From the NCBI RefSeq assembly GCF_022045235.1, contig NW_027266289.1:3224001-3288000 (forward strand): a stretch of 64,000 bases of DNA, in the 5' to 3' direction. The position numbers and the translations under genes were made by a program. Under the pieces are notes generated by a model that was given only the letters and a program-made list of their open reading frames with translations, was not told the origin of the DNA and did not search any database. The DNA is from Haliotis cracherodii. Lineage: Eukaryota. Each line of letters opens with the position of its first letter. Position 1 is the first letter of the stretch. This document shows, one piece after another, positions 1-11,900 of this stretch.

Positions 1-2000
1 GTTTGATGACAATCACGTCCTGATGGGGGTGAACTAGCTGTGGAAGAAACAAGGTGGGTCCGTTTGATGACAATCACGTCGTGCTGGGGGTGAACTAGCT
101 GTGTAAAAAACAAGGTGGGTCTGTTTGATGACAATCACGTCGTGCTGGGAGTGAACTATCTGTGGAAGAAACAAGGTGAGTCTGTTTGATGACAATCACG
201 TCCTGCTGGGAGTGAACTAGCTGTGTAAGAAACAAGGTGGGTCTGTTTGATGACAATCACGTCCTGCTGGGGGTGAACTAGCTGTTGAAGAAACAAGGTG
301 GGTCTGTTTGATGACAATCACGTCGTGCTGGGGGTGAACTTGCTGTGGAAGAAACAAGGTGAGTCTCTTTGATGACAATCACGTCCTGATGGGGGTGAAC
401 TAGCTGTGAAAGAAACAAGGTGGGTTTGTTTGATGACAATCACGTTGTGCTGGGAGTGAACTAACTGTGGAAGAAACAAGGTGGGTCTGTTTGATGACAA
501 TCACGTCGTGCTGGGGGTGAACTAGCTGTGGAAGAAACAAGGTGGGTCTGTTTGATGACAATCACGTCGTGCTGGGAGTGAACTATCTGTGGAAGAAACA
601 AGGTGGGTCTGTTTGATGACAATCACGTCCTGGTGGGAGTGAACTAGCTGTGGAAGAAACAAGGTGGGTCTGTTTGATGACAATCACGTCCTGCTGGGGG
701 TGAACTAACTGAAAGAAACAAGGTGGGTCTGTTTGATGACAATCACGTCGTGCTGGGAGTGAACTAGCTGTGTAAGAAACAAGGTGGGTCTGTTTGATGA
801 CAATCACGTCCTGCTGGGGGTGAACTAACTGAAAGAAACAAGGTGAGACTGTTTGATGACAATCACTTCCTGCTGGGAGTGAACTAGCTGTGAAAGAAAC
901 AAGGTGGTTCTGTTTGATGACAATCACGTCGTGCTGGTGGTGAACTAACTGAAAGAAACAAGGTGGGTCTGTTTGATGACAATCACGTTGTGCTGGGAGT
1001 GAACTAACTGTGGAAGAAACAAGGTGGGTCTGTTTGATGACAATCACGTCGTGCTGGGGGTGAACTAGCTGTGGAAGAAACAAGGTGGGTCTGTTTGATG
1101 ACAATCACGTCGTGCTGGGAGTCAACTATCTGTGGAAGAAACAAGGTGGGTCTGTTTGATGACAATCACGTCCTGCTGGGAGTGAACTAGCTGTGTAAGA
1201 AACAAGGTGGGTCTGTTTGATGACAATCACGTCCTGCTGGGGGTGAACTAACTGAAAGAAACAAGGTGGGTTTGTTTGATGACAATCACGTCGTGCTGGG
1301 GGTGAACTAGCTGTGGAACAAAACAAGGTGGGTCTGTTTGATGACAATCACGTCCTGATGGGGGTGAACTAGCTGTGGAAGAAACAAGGTGGGTCTGTTT
1401 GATGACAATCAGGTCGTGCTGGGGGTGAACTAGCTGTGGAAAAAAAAAAAGGTGGGTCTGTTTGATGACAATCACGTCCTGATGGGGGTGAACTAGCTGT
1501 GGAAGAAACAAGGTGAGTCTGTTTGATGACAATCACGTCGTGCTGGGGGTGAACTAGCTGTGAAAGAAACAAGGTGAGTCTGTTTGATGACAATCACGTC
1601 CTGATGGGAGTGAACTAGCTGTGGAAGAAACAAGGTGAGTCTCTTTGATGACAATCACGTCCTGATGGGTGTGAACTAGCTGTGGAAGAAACAAGGTGAG
1701 TCTCTTTGATGACAATCACGTCCTGATGGGAGTGAACTAGCTGTGGAAGAAACAAGGTGAGACTGTTTGATGACAATCACGTCGTGCTGGGAGTGAAGTA
1801 GCTGTGGAAGAAAGAAGGTGAGACTGTTTGATGACAATCACGTCGTGCTGGGAGTGAAGTAGCTGTGGAAGAAACAAGGTGAGACTGTTTGATGACAATC
1901 ACTTCGTGCTGGGAGTGAAGTAGCTGTGGAAGAAATAAAGTAAGTCTGTTTGATGACAGTCACGTCGTGCTGGGAGTGAGCTTGCTGTGGAAGAAATAAG
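1..2000. repeat. 62-bp (some 59-bp) minisatellite, ~32 copies; the unit is a splice acceptor plus exon start
   Basis: Minus-strand unit ccttgtttcttccacag|CTAGTTCACCCCCAGCACGACGTGATTGTCATCAAACAGAC. Confidence 0.95.
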
Positions 2001-2226
2001 AGGACAATGGTAAATAACATTCGTGAATACCTCAACTAGTTAAATTGATTGCAGAACTACTCCCGTTTCCAGGATATGACAAAGATTTTGCAATGAAAAC
2101 TCGAACAATATTTATATTTGTAGAGAAGTTTAGTGAAGAGGTATTGTATGGTTTTAAAGATCTGCTCCGTAAACGATATATTGCACGGACAGACGGTGCC
2201 AATTTTATTGCCCATGCAAAATGCAT

Positions 2227-2703
2227 TAGTGAACATACATTTGACACGGTAGAGAACATACATTTGACACGGTAGAGAACATACATTTGACACGGTGGAG
2301 AACATACATTTGACACGGTGGAGAACGTACATTTGACACGGTAGTGAACATACATTTGACACGGTAGAGAACATACATTTGACACGGTAGAGAACATACA
2401 TTTGACACGGTAGAGAACATACATTTGACACGGTAGTGAACATACATTTGACACGGTAGTGAACATACATTTGACACGGTAGAGAACATACATTTGACAC
2501 GGTAGAGAACATACATTTGACACGGTAGAGAACATACATTTGACACGGTAGTGAACATACATTTGACACGGTAGAGAACATACATTTGACACGGTATAGA
2601 ACATACATTTGACAGGGTAGTGAACATACATTTGACACGGTAGAGAACAAACATTTGACCCGGTAGAGAACATACATTTGACACGGTAGAGAACATGCAT
2701 TTG
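2227..2703. repeat. 23-bp minisatellite
   Basis: Unit gtagagaacatacatttgacacg, about 20 copies. Confidence 0.95.
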
Positions 2704-2748
2704 TCACTCTACAGAATATACAGCGTATGCAGTCAGTGTTGATGTTAC

Positions 2749-2900
2749 CAGATTGAGCGCCTGTTCTTTATAGTATGGCGCGGTGACGCCCTGTCGGTAC
2801 CAGCTGAGGGACGGGATCGCGTCTCCCTCGACAATGCAGGTCAAATTGGCCCGCCCACCCACCAGCACCGTGTCTCCATACACACGCATCACTGGCGGCA
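2749..2900 (-). CDS. Ig-domain N-terminal half exon (VPPVMRVYGDTVLVGGRANLTCIVEGDAIPSLSWYRQG...)
   Basis: Acceptor tgtttcag|TG, donor CTG|gtaaca, Ig C...W motif. Confidence 0.85.
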
Positions 2901-5900
2901 CTGAAACAGAACATACGCAATGTGCAATATGACTTGTCGAAGAAGTTGTGACGTAATCTATTATATACTCCAGTGTGAAAGGCTGAGTTTTCTGAGGTGG
3001 AGAAAAGTGATATTTTCATTGCAGTTAACACGACACTCGATATGAGACTGTAGGGAACATAACACTTGATATTCCACATAACACTTTGACGGAACTATTG
3101 TCTTACATCCGGGTTAGAATAGGTCTTCAGCAACCCATGCTTGCCGTAAAAGGCGACTATGCTAATCGTAAAAGGTGACTAACGGGATCGGGTGGTCAGG
3201 CTCGCTGACTTGGTTGATGCATGTCATCGATCCCAATTGCGTGGATTGATGCTCATGATATCAATCACAGGATTGTCTGGTCCAGACTCGATTATTTACA
3301 GACCGCCGTCATATAGCTGGAATATTGTTGAGTGCGGCGTTAAACAACAAACCAACCAACCAACCAACAAGAGTTACCTCCCCGCAAATTATCTCCCCTT
3401 TCTTGTAAGCGTCTAGCCCGTACACAAACCGTTGTCCGTTTATTCACCTTAGTTCCACATTGACAAGGCAAAACAATGACAGATGGTCATTTATGGAGTT
3501 AATATCGCTTCTTGCCGTTTGTTATTCTCTTGAAAATGTTTCGTTATCAACACCAAATGTATCATTTAACTCGTCAATAGCGTCTCTTCGTTTCGCAAAG
3601 GGCAATTTTGGTAACTTGTCCAGCGTGTATTCTTTCGCTTTCAACTCGTGACGGGGAAAAAGGAGATGTTTTCAGTCGTGACAATGCTTCTCGTAAAAAT
3701 ATCTCCTCCATGTGATGTATGGTGTTACCTGCCACTGACGCGTGACGTATTGTATCGACTAGTGACGATGTGACGTATTGTATCGACCAGTGACGATGTG
3801 ACGTATTGTATCGGCCAGTGACGATGTGACGTATTTTATCGACCAGTGACGTGTGACGCATTGTATCGACCAGTGACGTATGACGTATTGTATCGGCCAG
3901 TGACGTGTGATTATATCGACCAGTGACGTTGTGACGTATTGTATCGACCAGTGACGTTGTGACGTATTGTATCGACCAGTGACGTGTGACGCATTGTATC
4001 GACCAGTGACGATGTGACGTATTATATCGACCAGTGACGATGTGAAGCGTTGTATCGACCAGTGACGTGTGACGTATTATATCGACCAGTGACGTGTGAC
4101 GTATTATATCGACCAGTGACGATGTGACGTATTGTATCGACCAGTGACATGTGACGTATTGTATCGACCAGTGAAGATGTGACGTATTGTATCGACCAGT
4201 GACGTGTGACGTATTGTATCGACCAGTGACGTGTGACGTGTGACGTATTTTATCGACCAGTGATGTGTGACGTACTGTATCGACCAGTGACGTGCGACGT
4301 ATTATATTACTGGTAATGACGATGTGACGTATTGCTTTATCGGCCAGTAACGTGATGTTTCATATTAGCAGCCTGGACGTTGTGACATATTCTGATAAGC
4401 GACAGTGACTTAATGACATTATGGCGTATGAAATGACGTTTTGACTTGCTGTTATACCCGCCGGAGACGTGGAGACGTAGACCATTGATGACTGGTTGCT
4501 GGAGCCCCGGATGTTGAAGGAGGTGATGTTCATGGCGTACTCTGTACCGGGGTCCAGCCACTCCACAACAGTCTCTGTGTTAGTCCCTGTAACTATATCA
4601 CGCTTAAGCTGATTGGCTGAAACACAACAGTCTCAGTGTTAGCCCATGTAACTATGTCAAGCTTAAGCTGATTGGCTGAAACACAACAGTCTCTGTGTTC
4701 GTCCCTGTAACTATGTCAAGCTTAAGCTGATTGGCTGAAACACAACAGTCTCTGTGTTCGTCCCTGTAACTATGTCACGCTTAAGCTGATTGGCTGAAAC
4801 ACAACAGTCTCTGTCTTAGTCCCTGTAACTATATCACGCTTAAGCTGATTGGCTGAAACACAACAGTCTCCGTGTTAGTCCCTGTATCTATGTCAAGCTT
4901 AAGCTGATTGGCTGAAACACAACAGTCTCAGTGTTAGTCCATGTAACTATGTCACGCTTAAGCTGATTGGCTGAAACACAACAGTCTCTGTGTTAGTCCC
5001 TGTAACTATGTCACGCTTAAGCTGATTGGCTGAAACACAACAGTCTCTGTGTCAGTCCCTGTAACTATGTCACGCTTAAGCTGATTGGCTGAAACACAAC
5101 AGTCTCTCTGTTAAGTGCCGATGACTTTTCATAGAACCATCTTATGATTAAAGACGTGTCTGTCGTTGAGTGTGACCTACTTCGCAAAAAACAATTGTCT
5201 GTTTATAGTCCTACCTGCCATGTCGTGGACCAGGATCCTGTAGGCCACCAAGGGACAGCACTGGAGAACACCTGGGGCTCTCCACCTCAGCCCCACGCTC
5301 GTGCTGGACACGTTAAACACGTGCAGATTCTCCGGGATACCTGGGAACTCCGACTCAACTGTTTCCATGGAAATCATTTCTGTTGTGGAGGGCGTTACGG
5401 CACCAGCTCGATTTTTGAAACCCTTTCTTTTGCCTAAAGAGAGACAAGATGCATAAGGTGAGGTGAGGTGAAATGGTGTTTAACGTCGCGTCCAAGATTA
5501 TTGCACGTATATAGAAACGTGCATGTACGTGTGTGTGTTTGTGTGGCTGCTTGTACTAGTCCGGACTGATGCCGATTTATAGTGCTAGCTCACTGAGATA
5601 CCATGCAGCAGTTTAACATGAATACCCCACTCAGACACAGTATACTGACTCCGAGCCGACCAGTCCTTGTTTTAGCCCCTTAATGCCGAGCGCCAAACAG
5701 GGTAACAACAAGTACCATCTTTTAACGTCTTTTGGTATGACGCGGTCGGGGATCGAACCCCGGACCTTCCGCTTTCCGGGCGGACGCTCTACCACTAGAC
5801 CACGGAGTTCTAAGATGCATATGGAAAAAACTGGGCATTGAACATCCTCCACACTGATCACTACACTGAGCCATCCTCTACACAAGGTGACTATGGGTTA

Positions 5901-8900
5901 CATCACTGTCTACAGGTCTCTTTGTTATGGGTTTACCTTTCCTGGATTTCCGGTCCCCCCTGCCACGCCCCTGTGGAGCCTCCCCGGTCTCCCTGCCAGG
6001 CCCCCACCGTGTGTCCACGCTCTCCCACTTGCTGTATGGCCCCGTGCCGTTCACCGTCCTCGCTGCCAGGCGGACCCGGTACGTGGAGTTCTCCTCTAAA
6101 TCTACAAAACAGACAGAAATATTTCCGTGGATTCCAGAATGTAGCGTGGACACTGAGCTGGGACGTCACCACTGACCACTCGTGGATACACAACTAGGAC
6201 GTCACCACTGGCCACACGTGGATACACAACTAGGACGTCACCACTGACCACTAGTATATACACAACTAGGACGTCACCACTGACCACACGTGGATACTCA
6301 GCTAGGACGTCACCACTGACCACACGTGGATACACAACTGGGACGTCACCACTAATCACACGTGGATACTCAGCTGGGACGTCACCACTGACCACACGTG
6401 GATAATCAGCTTGGACGTCACCACTGACCACACGTGGATAATCAGCTTGGACGTCACCAATAATCTACAAGGAGGTAATGTCCACAGGCTTAATGAACTA
6501 TGTACAATTCCTTATCCCCTTTCTTGTTGGGCTCCCCGAGAGGGTTTCCGAAGATGGAAGGGCTTTTTGGTACCTGCCGATGTATTTTAAGCGTTTGCCG
6601 ATGTCATCAATGACCCATGGGTATATACTGCCGCGATTGTGATGACGTCATAACTTACCTGTAAGGATGTACTCCAGGGGTTTCCGTGACGCCATCACTG
6701 TACAGATGTCACCACGACGACTGCCACGACGCTTGTATTGGATCTTGTACTGAGTTATCTTCCCATGACGCTTACTGGCAGGAGGAGGGTTCCATGACAA
6801 CCGAACCAGCTGCAACGTTAAACACTAATAACTCTTCAAGGTACGCGGCCCCTGAACGTGCATTTTAAATGTTTATCAAAGTCCTGAACGTGTATCTATA
6901 ATTATACACTGTATACCAAAGCGCATGAAAGTACGTGACCCTCATGATCTGAACATGTGCTTAATGACGTATGAAAGTACGTGACCGTCAAGACCTGAAC
7001 ATGTGCTTAATGACGTATGAAAGTACGTGACCGTCAAGACCTGAACATGTGCTTAATGACGTATGAAAGTACGTGACCCTCATGACCTGAACATGTGCTT
7101 AATGACGTATGAAAGTACGTGACCCTCATGACCTTAACATGTGCTTAATGACGTGTGAAAGTACGTGACCCTCATGACCTGAACATGTGCTTAATGACGT
7201 ATGAAAGTACGTGACCCTCAAGACCTGAACATGTGCTTAATGACGTATGAAAGTACGTGACCCTCAAGACCTGAACATGTGCTTAATGACGTATGAAAGT
7301 ACGTGACCCTCAAGACCTGAACATGTGCTTAATGACGTATGAAAGAACGTGACCCTCAAGACCTGAACATGTACTTAATGACGTATGAAAGTACGTGACC
7401 CTCAAGACCTGAACATGTGTTTTAATGTACTGTAAATCTTGAAATTAATGTGTTTCCAAATTAATACGACTGCTGACCCCAGCCATAAATACGACTTAAC
7501 ATCAATGCGTCTCCCCCACCACATAAATGCGAAGTTTAATCTATGCGAACAAATCCCACTCACTTTTTTTGCATTTAATTCACGCTTGCGTTAATTTCAA
7601 AATTTACAGCATATGAATGTACGTCACCCTTGGCCCTTGGACATGTAACTCCAGGTTCCGAGGCGGTTTACTTGGTCTGTCAGTGTAGGTTGCCGTAGAG
7701 ACTGTTGCTGTGGAGACAACGTTGTCGCCATTTGCCATGGATGCCAGTCTAAAGTTGTACCTTCTGCCGGGTATCAAGTTATCAAACAAGTGTGACCTTG
7801 ACTCCGCAGTGACCTTAATGGTATTAGCCTCTTTGTCTTCCTCGGACCAAAATACAGTGTAGTCCAGTGACCTATTTACATGTTTCCTTGGTAACGTCCA
7901 CGCCACAATTATTGAGGTTGAGGTCAAGGTCGTCGCCTCGATTTGAACAAACGTGTCTGGTCAGTTGAAAAAAAAGAAAGAAAGAATGAATACATGAAAG
8001 CACGGAATAGCAGTGTTTATCTACACTCTTCAAAAACAGGTGAGGTGAGGTGAAATGGAGTTTAACGTCGCGTCCAAGATTATTGCACTTATATAGTGAC
8101 GTGCATGTTACGTGTGTGTGTTTGTGTGGCTGCTTGTACTAGTCCGGACTGATGCCAATTTATAGTGATAGCTCACTGAGATACCATGCCGCAGTTTAAC
8201 ATGAATACCCCACTCAGACACAGTATACTGACTCCGAGCCGACCAGTCCTTGTTTTAGCCCCTTAATGCCAGACAGGGTAACAACAAGTACCATCTTTTA
8301 ACGTCTTTTGGTATGACGCGGCCGGGGATCAAATCCAGGACCTTCCACTCTCCGGGTGGACGCTCTACCACTAGACCACGGAGGCGGTCTTTTTTAAAAA
8401 CAGAAACGAACAGGTAGTATGTAGTTCAATGAACCTGACTACACAAAAAATCCGGTATATAAATTGGATATATGCTATTGGAAAATTTTGGTGGCCTGAT
8501 ACTCGACAAACGCAGCTATTGTCGATTTGCAATGTCTGAAACGGCATTGTTTTGGCATTTGTTCAAAAACACAAAGCAGGAAAACAGTAAAGCAAAATGC
8601 ACGTGCAAGTTAAGGCATTCGTAACTCGTGGTAATGGCTTTAAAAAGGCAAGCATAAGCCAATAATTTGTCATTCAATTGCCAACATTTTTCAGGTTCGA
8701 AAATGCCGAGACTCGCTGCCGATCGGAACATCGCCATAGGACGTATCCAAAGAGGGGAATCGCAGTCTTCTGTCGCACGCCACTTCAACGTCCACCACAG
8801 CACCATTTGCCGCCTTTGTGACCGATACACGCATTTCAATCCCACTGCAGACCGTCCGAGAACCGTCCGACCAAGAGTTACCGCCCTTGCACAGGATCGC

Positions 8901-11900
8901 TACATTTGACTGTCCCACCTACGTCATTGCAATGCCACAGCTACGGAGACTGCAGGACGCATCCCTGGTTTGAGGAGGATATCGGACCAGACTGTCAGGA
9001 ACCATCTTTTCCAGGCTGGAATCCGTCCCAGAAGACCAGTTATCGTCCCAATTTTGCAACAGATTCATCGACAGCGACGCTTGCGTTGGTGCCATACCTT
9101 ACAGCCTTGGAATTTGAGAAACTTGGGACGAGTGTGGTTTAACCATGAATCACGATTTCTTCTTCACCGGCGAGATGGAAGACAACGTGTTTATCGTCGT
9201 CGAAATGAGCGTTTTGCCCTACATTGTGTAAGTGAATTGGACAAACTGGGTGGCGATAGTGTCATTGTGTGGGAGGCCATATCCTACACCACGAGATCGG
9301 ACTTGGTTGTGGTTCAGGGAGGGTTGCAGCAAATCGCTACATGAATCAAATTCTCACCTCCTAACAATCATTGTCCGACAGAAGGAGTTGTTTCAACAGG
9401 ACAACGCTCCACCACACACAGCTAGTGTCACGGTAGACTTCCTTCATGATGCTAACATCAGTGTCTTGCCCTGACCGTCGAGATCTCCAGATCTCAACCC
9501 AATCGAACACCTCTTGGATGAATTCGATCGACGTGTAGGTCAACGTCAGAACACGCTGCAGACACTCCCCCAACTGGCCAACGCGCCAACGCGAGTTCAG
9601 CGCAAACTTGTGGCCTTATATGACATGAAAATGGATAGTGTTCAATGCCTTTGTACAACGACAACATGTGACTATCGAGCTCCAAAATGTCAAATTTGTA
9701 TCTATGATATTAAATTAAATATATCGACTTTATCGACTACATTTATTAAAAAAAATATCTCTGTGCGTTTCTGTTTTTAAAGAGTGTATGTATAACAATG
9801 TGAATCTAGTGTGGAAAAGTCGTATTGAATATATCAGTGTGTAGACATATAGCGTTGAAGGTATCAGTGTCTACAGATGTCGTGTTGAATGTATCAGCGT
9901 GTAGACATATAGCGTTGAATGTATCAGTGTCTAGAGATGTCTTGTTGAATGGGTCAGTGTGTTGACAAGCCGTGTTGAATGTATCAGTGTGTAGACAAGT
10001 CGTGTTGAATGTATCAGTGTCTAGAGATGTCGTGTTGAATGTATCAGTGTGTAGACAAGTCGTGTTGAATGTATCAGTGTGTAGACAAGTCGTGTTGAAT
10101 GTATCAGTGTGTAGACAAGTCGTGTTGAATGTATCAGTGTGTAGACAAGTCGTGTTGAATGTATCAGTGTGTAGACAAGTCGTGTTGAATGTATCAGTGT
10201 GTGGACAAGTCGTGTTGAATGTATCAGTGTCTAGAGATGTCTTGTTGAATGTATCAGCGTGTAGACAAGTCGTGTTGAATGTATCAGTGTGTAGACAAGT
10301 CGTGTTGAATGTATCAGTGTGTAGACAAGTCGTGTTGAATGTATCAGTGTGTAGACAAGTCGTGTTGAATGTATCAGTGTGTAGACAAGTCGTGTTGAAT
10401 GTATCAGTGTGTAGACAATTCGTGTTGAATGTATCAGTGTCTAGAGATGTCGTGTTGAATGTATCAGTGTGTAGACAAGTCGTGTTGAATGTATCAGTGT
10501 GTAGACAAGTCGTGTTGAATGTATCAAGGTGTAGACAAGTCGTGTTGAATGTATCAGTGTGTAGACAAGTCGTGTTGAATGTATCATCGTGTAGACAAGT
10601 CGTGTTGAATATATCAGTGTGTAGACAGACCTTGTTTAAAGTATTAGTGTGTAGACAAGTCGTGCTGAGTTGTCTTGTTGAATGTGACAGTGTCTAGATT
10701 TGTCTTGTTGAATGTATTATTGTGCAGATATGACTTTTTGTAAATTTATTCTAGTGTAGATAAGTAGTGACGAAACATCATTTCAGATTTCTCTACATGA
10801 TTGTGCGATAACACTGGACATATTAAGTTACCATGGCAACACGGAAATACTTCCATTCACCTTACCAAGAGGATAGGTCCGGTTCACGGCGGTCTCACTC
10901 CAAACACTTGACTCTTGACCTTTGACTGCCTTCACCCTGAACACATAAGTAGTATTTGACTGAAGATTGGAAATGACCGTCCGCGTGGCCTTGACCCCAG
11001 TGGCCAGAAGCCGGTGTCCCCGCTGCTGATGGATGTGGTATTTGACGTTGTAATGACGTCCGTCCAGCAGCTGAGTCTCCCCCAGCCCCGGGTCATGCCA
11101 CCTGACAACGATGTCACTAGGGGAGACAACTGCTGTGGAGATAATCTCCGGCTCAGGGAGTTTAATGGAACCTGGAACATATATAAATATACTACTCAAA
11201 AGAAGTTAAGCATCACCTGATTCTTTCATGTTGGTAATGTTAATCTGTCATGGCATGAGAGATTAACTATTGTAATATGAAAGAATCAGGTGATCCTTAA
11301 CTTCTTTTGAGTAGTATATATGAATCGTCTTCTTCTGTCTTCAACACATTAATAACACACAGTTCACCTCACAAACGTTCCGACATTTCAGTATGTTCGC
11401 AACTAGAAATTGGACCTAAATGGACAGAATGTGCAAAATATTTAGAAATATCACAACATACACCAGTCCTCTCATCGCCTTTTCTGCAATACAAGATGGC
11501 TACGTCATGAATCGCAAAGAACAATGAAGGACGAAGCGTGGTTTATTTCACAATAAAACATTGTCGTCCTGGCGTCATGTCTGGAGAATCAAACAATCGC
11601 TCGTAACTTAGGACGTTGAATATTACTGGACGTTATTTTTAGAGAGGAGTGTGTACTGAGTGAGTGAGTGAGTGAGTGAGTATGGTCTTACGCCGCTTTT
11701 AGCAATATTCCAGCAATATCACGGCGGGGGACACCAGAAATGGGCTTCACACATTGTACCCGTGTCGGGAATGCAACCCGGGTCTTCGGCGAGTGTGTAG
11801 TGAGCTGTTCCCCACAGATGAAGCTGGGCAACGCAGATACACCTGAGGGCCGAGCTATAGCATCCCAATTATGACAGTTGTCAGGTGCAGGTAATCGACG

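Larger units (their letters stand above)
8024..9786 (+). mobile_element. Tc1/mariner DNA transposon, degenerate, with a SINE inserted in the left TIR
   Basis: TA flanks. TIR cactctt(c/t)aaaaacagaaacg matches the reverse complement at about 9766-9786. Internal transposase remnants. Confidence 0.92.

Noticed and set aside
1-2700. Regularly spaced repeats resembling a CRISPR array, and ORFs 318-2707
   Set aside because: No unique spacers, no cas genes and a eukaryotic context. These are plain tandem repeats.
5177-5214. Extending the exon to RTINRQLFFAK with a donor at 5180
   Set aside because: That donor is phase 2 and incompatible with the next exon. The donor at 5214 keeps the frame.
5735-5808. 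tRNA-like sequences (also ~8320-8388, 12190-12260, 36095-36166, 43290-43398)
   Set aside because: They are SINE heads with bodies, tails and, in most cases, TSDs, not standalone tRNA genes.
8667-9474. Active Tc1 transposase
   Set aside because: Premature stops, a frameshift and loss of the first catalytic Asp.
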